Source: Burkholderiales bacterium
GTDB lineage: Bacteria > Pseudomonadota > Gammaproteobacteria > Burkholderiales > Methylophilaceae
Reading direction: 5' to 3'
Assembly: GCA_030831475.1 (NCBI GenBank)
Contig: JAURKY010000008.1
Location: 110,829 to 174,828 of the forward strand
Length of the DNA stretch: 64,000 bases
Shown: positions 32,415 through 42,589 of the stretch, piece after piece
Layout: every line of letters starts with the position of its first letter
How positions within the stretch are numbered: position 1 is the first letter of the stretch
Notes under the pieces: generated by a model
What the model was told of the DNA's origin: nothing
Database searches by the model: none
Seen by the model: the letters and a program-made list of their open reading frames with translations, nothing else
Translations under genes and position numbers: made by a program

Positions 32415-33146
32415 ATGACGAAACCATGGTCAAGAGAAGAATTTGAAAATCAATTAAGGGAGAAGGGTAAAGGTTATCATATTTACCATCCTTTCCATGT
32501 GATGATGTACGAAGGAAAGTTAACTAAGGAGCAATTACAATCCTGGGTTGCTAACCGTTTTTATTATCAGATTGGTATTCCTCAGAAGGATGCAGCAATT
32601 TTATCTAATTGCCCCGATAAAGAAATTAGAAAGGAATGGATTGTTAGGATTATTGATCATGATGGCGACGGCAATGCTGAAGGTGGAATTGAAGCCTGGA
32701 TTAACTTAGGCAAGGCTGTTGGACTCTCACGTGAGGATGTAACATCCTTAAAAATGGTTTCCCCTGGAGTAAGATTTGCTGTGGATGCTTACATTAATTT
32801 TGCTCGACAAAGAACATGGCAAGAATCCGTTTGCTCTTCTTTAACAGAGCTCTTTGCCCCACACATTCACCAACAACGTATTAGTTCATGGCCAGAAATG
32901 TATCCTTGGATTGATGAATCTGGGCTATCTTATTTCAAGAAAAGATTAACCGAGGCTCGTCGTGATGTAGAGCATGGTTTAGGTGTGACTTTAGATTACT
33001 TTAGTCAAACGCGTGAGATGCAAGAAAAAGCCTTGGGTATATTGCAGTTTAAATTAGATGTATTATGGGTGATAGCAGATTCAATTATGCTTGCTTCATC
33101 AGACATTAAAGTGGAAGGGCGTGACTACTTAAGGCAGCCAAGATAA
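32415..33146 (+). CDS. pqqC: PQQ synthase
   Basis: [41 protein letters not shown]. Confidence 0.98.
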   Translation: MTKPWSREEFENQLREKGKGYHIYHPFHVMMYEGKLTKEQLQSWVANRFYYQIGIPQKDAAILSNCPDKEIRKEWIVRIIDHDGDGNAEGGIEAWINLGKAVGLSREDVTSLKMVSPGVRFAVDAYINFARQRTWQESVCSSLTELFAPHIHQQRISSWPEMYPWIDESGLSYFKKRLTEARRDVEHGLGVTLDYFSQTREMQEKALGILQFKLDVLWVIADSIMLASSDIKVEGRDYLRQPR

Positions 33147-33425
33147 ATGACGATTTCAAATTCAGATATATACAAGATTGCTGCACATCATCGCTTTCAA
33201 TGGGAGAAGGCACAAGACTGCTACGTCATCTTATTTCCAGAAGGTATGGTTAAATTGAATGGTAGTGCTGGTGAAGTTTTGAAGTTAGTTGATGGAAAAA
33301 ATTCCGTTAAGGCTATTGTTGATCTGCTCAAAAATCAATTTCCTGATGTGAAGGATATTGAGAAAGATATTTTGGCAATGATTGATTTTGCCCTAGGCAA
33401 GGCGTGGATTGAACAAGTAAATTAA
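33147..33425 (+). CDS. pqqD: PqqA-binding chaperone
   Basis: [23 protein letters not shown]. Confidence 0.95.
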   Translation: MTISNSDIYKIAAHHRFQWEKAQDCYVILFPEGMVKLNGSAGEVLKLVDGKNSVKAIVDLLKNQFPDVKDIEKDILAMIDFALGKAWIEQVN

Positions 33426-33440
33426 GGTTAAGGATTAATT

Positions 33441-34625
33441 ATGGCACAACAAAATAATGGTGTTGATTCAACTGTTACGAATAAGAGACCACTTTGGCTG
33501 TTAGCTGAGATAACTTATCGTTGTCCTTTGCACTGTGCATTTTGCTATAACCCTACTGATTATGCGAACCATACCAAGAATGAGCTTGATACCCAGTCTT
33601 GGATCAAGGTACTAAATCAAGCCCGAGATCTGGGCGCATTACAGTTAGGCATCTCTGGTGGCGAACCTCTGTTAAGAGATGACATCGAGATTATTGTAGA
33701 AGAAGCTCATCAGTTAGGTTATTACAGTAACCTCATAACATCAGGTGTAGGTTTAACCGATAAACGTATTGATGCCTTTAAAAAAGGAGGTCTCGATCAT
33801 ATTCAACTATCCATGCATGATATTACTGAGGAGATCAGTAATTTCGTTACAGACACCAAAACGTTTAAGTTAAAACAAAAAGTCGCGGCCATGATTAAGG
33901 ATCGTGGTTATCCTATGGTACTTAATGTTGTTATTCACAGGTACAACATTGACCATATTCAAGAAATTTTAGAGATGGCTGAAAAACTAGGCGCCGATTA
34001 TGTCGAGCTTGCCAATACACAATATTATGGTTGGTCGTTACTCAATCGCAATCAATTAATGCCAACCAAAGAGCAGGTCGATAAAGCTGAAGAAGTCACC
34101 AATCGATTTAGAGATCGTGTGGGTAATAAAATGAAAGTCTTTTTTGTCGTACCTGATTATTTTGCAAATCGTCCTAAAAAATGTATGAATGGTTGGGGTG
34201 AGGTCTTTATGATTGTGACCGCTGATGGAGATATTTTACCTTGCCACTCTGCACGTGTTTTACCTAACATGAAGTTTCCTAACGTGAAAGATTCTGAGTT
34301 AGGTTTTGCATGGTATGAGTCACCAGCTTTTAATAAATATCGCGGTGATTCATGGATGAAAGAGCCATGTCGCACTTGTCCGGAAAAAGAAAATGATCTT
34401 GGCGGTTGTCGCTGCCAAGCATTTTTAATTTCTGGTGATGCTGAGGGCGCAGACCCAGTATGTGATAAATCTCCTGGCAGACCGCTCATTGAGAAAGCCA
34501 TTGTTGATGCGCAAAAGGGTGAACTTCAAGCACAGCCTATTGTTTTCAGGACAGATAAAAATTCAAATCGTGTGATTGAAGGTGAAGAGAAAGAACGATT
34601 AGAAGACTTCCACGCACTCCCTTAA
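33441..34625 (+). CDS. pqqE: Radical SAM PqqA cyclase
   Basis: LLAEITYRCPLHCAFCYNP, SPASM cysteines (KCMNGWG, PCH, CRTC, GGCRCQA). Confidence 0.98.
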   Translation: MAQQNNGVDSTVTNKRPLWLLAEITYRCPLHCAFCYNPTDYANHTKNELDTQSWIKVLNQARDLGALQLGISGGEPLLRDDIEIIVEEAHQLGYYSNLITSGVGLTDKRIDAFKKGGLDHIQLSMHDITEEISNFVTDTKTFKLKQKVAAMIKDRGYPMVLNVVIHRYNIDHIQEILEMAEKLGADYVELANTQYYGWSLLNRNQLMPTKEQVDKAEEVTNRFRDRVGNKMKVFFVVPDYFANRPKKCMNGWGEVFMIVTADGDILPCHSARVLPNMKFPNVKDSELGFAWYESPAFNKYRGDSWMKEPCRTCPEKENDLGGCRCQAFLISGDAEGADPVCDKSPGRPLIEKAIVDAQKGELQAQPIVFRTDKNSNRVIEGEEKERLEDFHALP

Positions 34626-34643
34626 TTACCCTATAATTAAGGG
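34619..34643. other. 10-bp perfect inverted repeat at the pqqE stop (no U-tract)
   Basis: CCCTTAATTA-CCCTA-TAATTAAGGG. Confidence 0.5.
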
Positions 34644-34647
34644 CACT

Positions 34648-35829
34648 ATGAGTCTCTTTTTAAATCCCAAAGTTATCACTTTGGCAATGCTGGCAAGTCT
34701 CGCTCCGTTCGCCATTGATACTTATTTGCCTGCCTTTCACATCATTGCACAGGACTTGTACACAACTCCTGAACTCATTCAGCAAAGCCTTACATTCTAT
34801 TTAGCACCATATACAATCATGACGCTTTTTCATGGAGCGATATCAGATTCCATTGGGCGGATTAAATCGATGCAATGGGGTTTAACTCTTTTCTTTTTTG
34901 CATCGATTGGATGCGCTCTATCAACAAGTGTTGAGATGTTATGGTTTTTCCGTGTGCTTCAAGGTATTGGTGGCGGTGCCGGTAATGTTGTGGCAAGGGC
35001 AATGGTCAGAGACCTTTATGAAGGAGCTGAGGCTCAACGTGTGATGGCAACGATTCAAATTATATTTGGAATTGCACCTGCTGTAGCACCCATGATAGGT
35101 GGCTTACTACTTGAAATTCATTGGCAAATTATTTTTATTTTTTTGGCTTTTTATGCAGGTTTATCCTGGTTTATGGCAAAAAAAATATTACCTGAAACGC
35201 TTAAGAATTCTGAATTATTGCCTTTTTCTGCCAATGCGGTACTAAAAAGATATACGAATTTATTGGCTAATAAAGATTTTATATTCCTAATTTTGGCTGT
35301 CTCAGCTAATTTCTCCGCTTTTTTTATTTACGTTCTCTCAAGCCCCATTTTTCTTATGGACCACCTAGGATTTAATTCTCAACAATTTGGCTATCTATTT
35401 ATCCCTACAGTAAGTGGCATGATTCTTGGATCTTATCTTTCTAAAAAAGCTGCCGGCATTATTCCGGCTCATAAGTTATTGAGATATGGTTATTTTTGGA
35501 TGTTATTTATGACCTCATGCAATTTAATTTTTTGTGCAAGCTTTGATAATTATGCGCCAATTAATATCGCATTTATTGCACTTTATAACATTGGTATGGC
35601 CTTAATCATGCCAGTTATCTCTTTAGCGGCCTTAGATTGTTTCCCTAAGATGAGGGGGACAGCAGCATCTGGACAAGCATTTTCGCAAATGCTCTTTTCA
35701 ACACTTGTTGCTGGTATTGCTGTTCCATTTTTATGGTTTTCAACGCTAGGATTAGCGATAGGTTTTTTTGGAATTTTTTGTCTTGGGTTTATATTCATTA
35801 TACAAACCCAAGTATGGAAAAAAATTTAG
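34648..35829 (+). CDS. Bcr/CflA-family MFS transporter
   Basis: PFAIDTYLPAF, GAISDSIGR, RAMVRDLY, IAPAVAPMIGG, LPET. Confidence 0.92.
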   Translation: MSLFLNPKVITLAMLASLAPFAIDTYLPAFHIIAQDLYTTPELIQQSLTFYLAPYTIMTLFHGAISDSIGRIKSMQWGLTLFFFASIGCALSTSVEMLWFFRVLQGIGGGAGNVVARAMVRDLYEGAEAQRVMATIQIIFGIAPAVAPMIGGLLLEIHWQIIFIFLAFYAGLSWFMAKKILPETLKNSELLPFSANAVLKRYTNLLANKDFIFLILAVSANFSAFFIYVLSSPIFLMDHLGFNSQQFGYLFIPTVSGMILGSYLSKKAAGIIPAHKLLRYGYFWMLFMTSCNLIFCASFDNYAPINIAFIALYNIGMALIMPVISLAALDCFPKMRGTAASGQAFSQMLFSTLVAGIAVPFLWFSTLGLAIGFFGIFCLGFIFIIQTQVWKKI

Positions 35830-36152
35830 TTGCACATGTAAATATGATAAAGCGCTGATTGCGTTCCACGTCCAGCCTCATATTTTTCAATCATAATAAC
35901 GGTATTACCACCTTGCTTAAAAGCTTCATTCTTAGCTAATTTATCTAAATCTTCATCAATATAACCTGGAAGACGCTCTGCATAGCCTGTGTGCCTTACC
36001 TTAACAGCAGCTTTGGGCTCACATTTATCTTGATCAATGGTTGTCACCACACTGACACCATCAGCACCCGGTTCACCATCCACAAAGGTTTCACCCCAGG
36101 CAAATGCCTTCAAACTAAAGAAAGTCGAGATTAGAATAATTAAATATTTCAT
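35826..36152 (-). CDS. Small secreted protein, DUF4156/YbjQ-like
   Basis: Signal peptide (AFA), two Cys, LAKNEAFKQGGNTVI motif. Confidence 0.6.
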   Translation of the reverse strand: MKYLIILISTFFSLKAFAWGETFVDGEPGADGVSVVTTIDQDKCEPKAAVKVRHTGYAERLPGYIDEDLDKLAKNEAFKQGGNTVIMIEKYEAGRGTQSALYHIYMCN

Positions 36153-36155
36153 TAT

Positions 36156-36482
36156 TTATTCCTCAATTAAAAGTCCACGTTTATTTGTTTCACTGGCAAA
36201 TTTATCTGCATCAGGAAGGGGGTCTTTTCGTTGTGAAATAATGGGCCAAACTTTTGCAAGCCTGGCATTGATCTCAATAAATTCTTGTTGATCCTCTGGC
36301 ACATCGTCTTCAGCAAAGATTGCCTCTACGGGACACTCAGCAACACATAACGTGCAATCAATACATTCCTCAGGATCGATAGCAAGGAAATTAGGACCTT
36401 CAACAAAACAATCGACCGGACACACATCTACACAGTCGGTATATTTACATTGAATACAGTTTTCAGTTACCACATAAGTCAT
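36156..36482 (-). CDS. fdxA: 7Fe ferredoxin (FdxA type)
   Basis: [35 protein letters not shown]. Confidence 0.96.
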   Translation of the reverse strand: MTYVVTENCIQCKYTDCVDVCPVDCFVEGPNFLAIDPEECIDCTLCVAECPVEAIFAEDDVPEDQQEFIEINARLAKVWPIISQRKDPLPDADKFASETNKRGLLIEE

Positions 36483-36529
36483 TATTTATTCCTTAAATAT
36501 TTTTTATTATTCTAGATTAATTTTAATCA

Positions 36530-37816
36530 TCATTCCATGCTTAAAATCATACCTGCCGCTACCGTATGATAGGTTGATTCGTCAACTAAAATAAAAGCAC
36601 CAGTGCTTCGATTTTGTTCGTATTGATCAACAATCAAGGGTTGAGCTAATTTAAATGTGACTTCTGCTATATCATTCGTTTGAAGTTCATTTGCATCCTC
36701 GTGTGCGAGTGTATTGACATTAACCTTATGACAAATTTGGCTTATCTTAGCTTTAGAGGAGCGTGTAGTATGCATTATTAAATAAGCTCGTCCTGGATTC
36801 AGCGAAGTTTCTGACAACCAGCAAATCATTGATTTAAAACTTTTAACCGATTGTACCGTATCGTTATCATGAACAATCATATCTCCTCTAGAGATATCAA
36901 TTTCATCATCCAGGGTGATGGTGATTGATTGCTCAGGAATAGCCTCATCAATTTTCATTTCACCGATTCGAATATCTTTGACGGATGATTGATGGCCTGA
37001 GGGTAATACTTTAATTTGGTCCCTTACTTTAAGCAACCCTGATTCAATCCGACCCATAAAACCTCTGAAATCATGAAGATCTTTATTTGAGGAGTCTTGT
37101 GGCCTACAAACATACTGAACCGGGAAACGAAGTGCTGAATGTTCATCAAGTTCGGTGACGTCAACCTTTTCTAAATATTCAAGCAGGGTAGGACCTTGAT
37201 ACCAATTAAGTTTATTGCCTCGATCAACAATCATATCGCCTACCAATGCTGACATGGGCAGGAAATCAATTTTTGCTTGATTATTATTCGCTTTAATAGC
37301 TTGGCTGAATTCTTTATAGTCATTGCATATCTTGGTGAATTGGCTTTCATCATAGTCAACCAAATCCATTTTATTTACTGCAACTAAGATATGTTTTATG
37401 CCTACCAATTTAGTTAAAAAAGTATGCCTCTTGGTTTGGGTTAGGATACCTTTACGAGCATCAATAAGAATAATAGCAACTTGAGCAGTTGAGGCAGCCG
37501 TGACCATATTTCTTGTGTACTGCTCATGTCCGGGTGCATCAGCGATAATGTATTTTCTAGTCCCTGTACTAAAATAACGGTAAGCCACATCAATCGTAAT
37601 CCCTTGCTCACGTTCAGCTTGTAAGCCATCGGTAATCAGGGATAAATCTAATGCCGTCATACCTCTTTTTTGAGAGGTTTTTTCAATCTGACTAAGTGTA
37701 TCTGTGAGAATGGTTTTAGTATCGAATAAAAGTCGTCCAATGAGCGTACTTTTGCCGTCATCGACACTACCGCAAGTCATAAATCTTAAAACTGAATTAT
37801 TGTTTTTTTCTATCAT
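36530..37816 (-). CDS. cysN: Sulfate adenylyltransferase subunit 1
   Basis: CGSVDDGKSTLIGRL, EREQGITIDVAYRYF, DAPGH, NKMD; no APS kinase domain. Confidence 0.97.
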   Translation of the reverse strand: MIEKNNNSVLRFMTCGSVDDGKSTLIGRLLFDTKTILTDTLSQIEKTSQKRGMTALDLSLITDGLQAEREQGITIDVAYRYFSTGTRKYIIADAPGHEQYTRNMVTAASTAQVAIILIDARKGILTQTKRHTFLTKLVGIKHILVAVNKMDLVDYDESQFTKICNDYKEFSQAIKANNNQAKIDFLPMSALVGDMIVDRGNKLNWYQGPTLLEYLEKVDVTELDEHSALRFPVQYVCRPQDSSNKDLHDFRGFMGRIESGLLKVRDQIKVLPSGHQSSVKDIRIGEMKIDEAIPEQSITITLDDEIDISRGDMIVHDNDTVQSVKSFKSMICWLSETSLNPGRAYLIMHTTRSSKAKISQICHKVNVNTLAHEDANELQTNDIAEVTFKLAQPLIVDQYEQNRSTGAFILVDESTYHTVAAGMILSME

Positions 37817-37818
37817 TT

Positions 37819-38724
37819 TTAAAAATAACCTTCTTTTTTTCTTTGCTCCATTGACGCTTCCGACATTTGATCGTCTAAACGTGTCTCACCCCGTTCTGAA
37901 ATAATGGTTGCTGCAGTTTCAAAAATAATTTTTTCTACTGTATCAGCGTCACTTAGTACAGGTGCTGTACAAGTAATATCCCCAACCGTTCTAAACCGTA
38001 CAGTTAGATTTTCAACTTTTTCACCGGCCTTAGCAGGAGTAAATTCCGTGACAGGAACAATGGCACCACCTCTTTTAATCACATCACGATTATGGGCATA
38101 ATAAATTTCTGGTAATTCAAGTTTTTCACGTTCAATGTACTGCCAGACATCCATTTCTGTCCAATTCGAGATGGGGAAGGCGCGAATGTTCTCACCCTTG
38201 TGTACGCGTGCGTTATATAAATCCCATAATTCTGGACGCTGATTTTTTGGATCCCATTGGCCAAATTCATCTCTGAAACTCATGATGCGCTCTTTAGCTC
38301 TTGCTTTTTCTTCATCACGTCTTGCACCACCAATACAGCAATCAAATTGATACTTTTCAATAGCTTCTAGCAAAGTTATTGATTGATATTTATTTCTGGG
38401 TTCATCCGGGGTTTTAAGCACCACAGTACCTCTTTGCATGGATTCTTCAACTGAGGCTACAATTAAACGTTCACCTAACTCATTTACCTTGCGATCTCTA
38501 AACTGTATAACCTCAGGATAATTATGGCCTGTATCAACATGCATAAGAGGAAAGGGGAAGCGACCAGGCCTAAACGCCTTTTCTGCAATACGAAGTAAGC
38601 ATAGTGAGTCCTTACCACCTGAAAAAAGCAAAACGGGGTTGCTGCACTGACCGGCAACCTCCCTCATGATATGAATGGCCTCAGACTCCAACCAATCTAA
38701 ATGTGTTAATGTTTTCGTTACCAA
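37819..38724 (-). CDS. cysD: Sulfate adenylyltransferase subunit 2
   Basis: LFSGGKDS, GARRDEEKARAKER, RFRTVGD, KKEGYF. Confidence 0.98.
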   Translation of the reverse strand: MVTKTLTHLDWLESEAIHIMREVAGQCSNPVLLFSGGKDSLCLLRIAEKAFRPGRFPFPLMHVDTGHNYPEVIQFRDRKVNELGERLIVASVEESMQRGTVVLKTPDEPRNKYQSITLLEAIEKYQFDCCIGGARRDEEKARAKERIMSFRDEFGQWDPKNQRPELWDLYNARVHKGENIRAFPISNWTEMDVWQYIEREKLELPEIYYAHNRDVIKRGGAIVPVTEFTPAKAGEKVENLTVRFRTVGDITCTAPVLSDADTVEKIIFETAATIISERGETRLDDQMSEASMEQRKKEGYF

Positions 38725-38727
38725 TCT

Positions 38728-39453
38728 TTAATCCTTAATATGTAATCCACATTCTTTGTTTTCAGGGTTTTCCCACCACCAGCGACCTGCGCGAATATCT
38801 TCACCAGGAGAAATCGCTCGAGTGCAGGGAGCACAACCAATGCTTGGATAAAACTGATCATGAAGGCTATTGTAGGGAACATCATTTATTTTTATGTATG
38901 CCCAAACTTCACTTTCAGACCATTCGGCTAGGGGGTTAATTTTATCAATTTGGTGTGTATCATCAAACGCTTTAATTTCGAGAGTATCTCTAGTTTGTGA
39001 TTGAGCCGATCGCAACCCTGTGATCCATGCATCTTTGCCTTTGAGAGCCCTTTTTAGTGGCTCAACTTTTCTGATTTTGCAGCAATCTTTTCTAAGCTCT
39101 AATGAATTGTAGAAAGCGTTGATGCCATTTTTTGTGACATAGTTTTCAATTAATTGCGCATCAGGAAAATAAATTTGTATGGATTGGGAGTATTTATTTC
39201 TCACTTTATCAATAAGCTCATAGGTTTGATTTGGAAGCCTACCTGTATCGAGTGAAAAAATATTAATTAACGCTTGAGATTGAAAAATTGCATGATGCAG
39301 CACCATATCCTCTGCACCAAGACTGCTAGCAAAAGCAATGTTTTTATATCCTTTAGCTGCATCTTGTAATAATGTGTAGAGCTCTTTCACTTTAATATTT
39401 AAGGCAACGGTGAGCTTTTCATTAATGGTAATTTGGTCAATCTTTTTACTCAT
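38728..39453 (-). CDS. cysH: APS reductase (CysH, iron-sulfur type)
   Basis: LDTGRL, CCKIRKVEP, SIGCAPCT, ECGLH. ATG 39453 overlaps the upstream stop and has AGGA. Confidence 0.93.
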   Translation of the reverse strand: MSKKIDQITINEKLTVALNIKVKELYTLLQDAAKGYKNIAFASSLGAEDMVLHHAIFQSQALINIFSLDTGRLPNQTYELIDKVRNKYSQSIQIYFPDAQLIENYVTKNGINAFYNSLELRKDCCKIRKVEPLKRALKGKDAWITGLRSAQSQTRDTLEIKAFDDTHQIDKINPLAEWSESEVWAYIKINDVPYNSLHDQFYPSIGCAPCTRAISPGEDIRAGRWWWENPENKECGLHIKD

Positions 39454-40061
39454 AACGATTTCCTGTTTTTTCTTCGCCAAACAGGTTCTTGAATATCAAA
39501 TGCTCCCTGATAAGGTTCACTAAAATCACTTAACGATTTGAGTGCCTGATTCGTATCCCTATCCGATCTTATAAGGTAACTTGTGTAGCCACAACGTTTT
39601 AGAAAATAAAGCTGATCCATAAGAATGTCGCCTAGCGCCCTAAGCTCATTTTTAAATTTAAAATTAATCCTTAATTGTGTGGCAATCGAGAATATTCTGC
39701 CATCAGCAAATTTATCAATATGCACCGCTATTAAGGGAAATTGATTAAGATCACCTAATTCATTGAGATGACTGCCAATTTCCTCATGCGATAACACCCA
39801 GATGGCTATTTCACCTTTATTTAATCGATCTTTTAATTCGTCTTTATGTAAAAGGTAAGCTTTTAATGGAAGTATGATTTTTCCTGAGGAAGGTATTTGA
39901 GTCTCTTTGATTTGATCTGGTGTTGGAAAATCATCCCCAGTTAGTTTAAATAAAACAACCTTACCAGCTTGTTTTTTTACCTCCATATCGATTTTGGGTA
40001 GATCAATTTTTACCCAATCATCATGAACAATTTTATCTTTAACTATTAATTGTGAATTCAA
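39450..40061 (-). CDS. DUF934 protein (CysI partner)
   Basis: FADGRIFSIA..LR, ELRALGDILMDQLYFLKRCG. TTG 40061 with GAGG preferred over the track start inside cysI. Confidence 0.88.
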   Translation of the reverse strand: MNSQLIVKDKIVHDDWVKIDLPKIDMEVKKQAGKVVLFKLTGDDFPTPDQIKETQIPSSGKIILPLKAYLLHKDELKDRLNKGEIAIWVLSHEEIGSHLNELGDLNQFPLIAVHIDKFADGRIFSIATQLRINFKFKNELRALGDILMDQLYFLKRCGYTSYLIRSDRDTNQALKSLSDFSEPYQGAFDIQEPVWRRKNRKSL

Positions 40062-40062
40062 T

Positions 40063-41715
40063 TTATACCTCTTGCACTTGATAGACATTTTTTTTAAAAG
40101 GCTCAAACCCTATGCGCTGAACACAGTCAATAAAGCGCTCATCCTCATGTCGCTCTTTAATGTAAACCTCAATGATACGTTTGATTACAATAGGCATTTC
40201 CTCTGAAGAAAAAGAAGGCCCAATTACTTTTCCAATGCTGGCAAAATTACCTTGGTTGCCACCTAGAGTGACTTGATACCATTCACTTCCATCTTTATCT
40301 ACACCAAGAATGCCAATATGACCCACATGATGATGTCCACAAGCGTTCATGCATCCAGAAATATTAAGATTAATATCTCCAATCTCATGTAAATAATCCA
40401 TATCATCAAAAACTTGTTGAATTGAGTCTGCTATGGGTATACTTTTGGCATTCGCAAGCGAGCAAAAATCTCCACCAGGGCAGCAGATGATATCTGTGAG
40501 TAAACCCACATTCGGTGTGGCTAAATTATGGGCCTTTAATTTTTCCCATAACTCAAAAAGATCATTTTCTTTTACATCTGCGAAAATTAGGTTTTGTTCA
40601 TGTGAAACTCTAATCTCACCAAAACTAAATTGGTCAGACAAATCAGCAATGATGTTCATTTGATCGGAGGTGACGTCTCCGGGTGCAACATTATATGGTT
40701 TAAGTGAGAGGGTGACAGACCGATAACCCTCAATCTTATGTTCATGCGTGCACCTTAGAAGCCATTGAGTAAAAGGTTTATTATTTTGATGTTCTTCAAG
40801 TGTGTTTTTTAAGTTTGTTTGATAGCTAGGCTCAGTAAAGAATTGTTTGACTCGATCTAACTCATCTTCTGTGATCGTATTTGGTCCATTTTTTATATGT
40901 TGCCATTCATCCTCAACTAATGTTCTAAATTGGTCGATGCCTAGAGCTTTAACTAAAATCTTAATGCGTGCTTTGAAACTATTATCTCTTCGACCGTAGA
41001 GGTTATAAACACGAAGTATAGCCTCGCAGTAGGTCAGAACATGTTGCCATTCAAGCCTTTCATTAATCACAGTTCCGAGGATAGGCGTTCGCCCCAAGCC
41101 ACCACCAACCCATATCTTGGCCACAATTTTTTGATGTTCATCGTAATAGAACTCAATACCGATATCATGCGCCTGAACCACAGCACGGTCTTTAGTTGAT
41201 CCAGTGACAGCAATTTTGAATTTTCTTGGAAGTAGAGCAAATTCTGGATGAAAAGTGCTCCATTGCCTCATAATTTCTGCAATATGACGCGCATCAAGGA
41301 TTTCGTCCGGTGTAACTCCAGCAAATTGATCTGTGGTGATATTTCGTACACAATTGCCTGAGGTTTGGATCGCATGCATCTGCACACTTGCTAGTTCAGC
41401 TAATATTTTAGGGGTATCCTCAAGTTTGGGCCAATTGAGTTGTAAGTTTTGACGTGTGCTAAAGTGCCCGTACCCACGATCATACTTATCGGCAATATCA
41501 GCAAGTTTTCTAAGTTGTTTTGAAGACAATAAACCATAGGGTATCGCTATTCGAAGCATAGGTGCATGACGCTGAATATATAACCCATTTTGAAGTCTTA
41601 ACGGTCTAAATTCCTCTTCAGTTAATTCATTTTTTAGGAATCGATTAAGCTGATCAGTATATTGAGCAACACGCTCATTAACTATTTTTTGATCAATATC
41701 ATCGTATATATACAT
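40063..41715 (-). CDS. cysI: Sulfite reductase hemoprotein (Pseudomonas-type)
   Basis: FRPLRLQNGLY, LPRKFKIA, CPGGDFC, SGCMNACGHH. Confidence 0.96.
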   Translation of the reverse strand: MYIYDDIDQKIVNERVAQYTDQLNRFLKNELTEEEFRPLRLQNGLYIQRHAPMLRIAIPYGLLSSKQLRKLADIADKYDRGYGHFSTRQNLQLNWPKLEDTPKILAELASVQMHAIQTSGNCVRNITTDQFAGVTPDEILDARHIAEIMRQWSTFHPEFALLPRKFKIAVTGSTKDRAVVQAHDIGIEFYYDEHQKIVAKIWVGGGLGRTPILGTVINERLEWQHVLTYCEAILRVYNLYGRRDNSFKARIKILVKALGIDQFRTLVEDEWQHIKNGPNTITEDELDRVKQFFTEPSYQTNLKNTLEEHQNNKPFTQWLLRCTHEHKIEGYRSVTLSLKPYNVAPGDVTSDQMNIIADLSDQFSFGEIRVSHEQNLIFADVKENDLFELWEKLKAHNLATPNVGLLTDIICCPGGDFCSLANAKSIPIADSIQQVFDDMDYLHEIGDINLNISGCMNACGHHHVGHIGILGVDKDGSEWYQVTLGGNQGNFASIGKVIGPSFSSEEMPIVIKRIIEVYIKERHEDERFIDCVQRIGFEPFKKNVYQVQEV

Positions 41716-41724
41716 TTGTTACCT

Positions 41725-42498
41725 TTAAAAATTAATAATTAACTTAATACCTATAAGAATCAAAATTATGACAAGAAAGTATCTTAATTTATTCTCATCA
41801 ATTTTTGAGCTTAAAAAACTTCCTACCCAAATGCCTGGAATAGAGCCCAGCAGAAGTGTACCAAGTAAAATAAAATCGACATGACCTAAGTTATAGTGAC
41901 CCAGACCCGCGATAAATGTAATGGGCACCGCATGGGCAATATCAGTTCCAATAATATTTTTTACAGACATTTTAGGATACAAAATAAGAAGCGCAGTGAC
42001 ACCTAGAGCGCCTGCACCCACAGATGTTACCGTTACCATGATACCTAAAAGGAGTCCCAATAAAATCGTTAAATGCCCAGTATTAGGATTATTTTTGATG
42101 GCTTTATTTTTGGATCGCTCAATAATGATAGGCTGGGTTAAAACTGCAATGGCTGTAAAAATAAGTGCTATACCCAAACACATTTCAATAATATGCATCG
42201 TATCAGGTGAGTCTAGATTCATTTGTTTGAGGAAGAAAGTTGTTAATATTGAAGCTGGGATACTGCCAAGCATTAGTTTATGCACAACATTCCATTGAAT
42301 GTGGCCTAGCTTGCTATGAGAAATAACACCTGCAGATTTTGTGATAGACGCATAAAGTAAGTCAGTACCAATAGCGATAGCAGGATTAATTTTAAATAGC
42401 AATACGAGTAAGGGGGTCATTAATGATCCACCACCCACTCCAGTCAAGCCTACCAAAAGACCTACAATAAAACCTGATAATGTAAATTCCAAACCCAT
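41725..42498 (-). CDS. TauE/SafE (TSUP) family sulfur-compound transporter
   Basis: GLTGVGGGSLMTP, GTDL, TSVGAGALG, GTDIAHAVP; first gene of the cys operon. Confidence 0.9.
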   Translation of the reverse strand: MGLEFTLSGFIVGLLVGLTGVGGGSLMTPLLVLLFKINPAIAIGTDLLYASITKSAGVISHSKLGHIQWNVVHKLMLGSIPASILTTFFLKQMNLDSPDTMHIIEMCLGIALIFTAIAVLTQPIIIERSKNKAIKNNPNTGHLTILLGLLLGIMVTVTSVGAGALGVTALLILYPKMSVKNIIGTDIAHAVPITFIAGLGHYNLGHVDFILLGTLLLGSIPGIWVGSFLSSKIDENKLRYFLVIILILIGIKLIINF

Positions 42499-42589
42499 AA
42501 TACGAATGCTTAAAATAGGGGTGAAATATATCAGTTTTTAATATATTATTCTAGTAATATTAAATTCTATTTATATAACTATAAGGTAT

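Noticed and set aside
40062-40106. Longer ORF-track starts (DUF934 40106, cysH 39480, hpnD 63202, trpB 16494, serC 27112, moaD 48152, radA 60930)
   Set aside because: They extend into upstream genes; downstream starts fit RBS position and family N-termini better.
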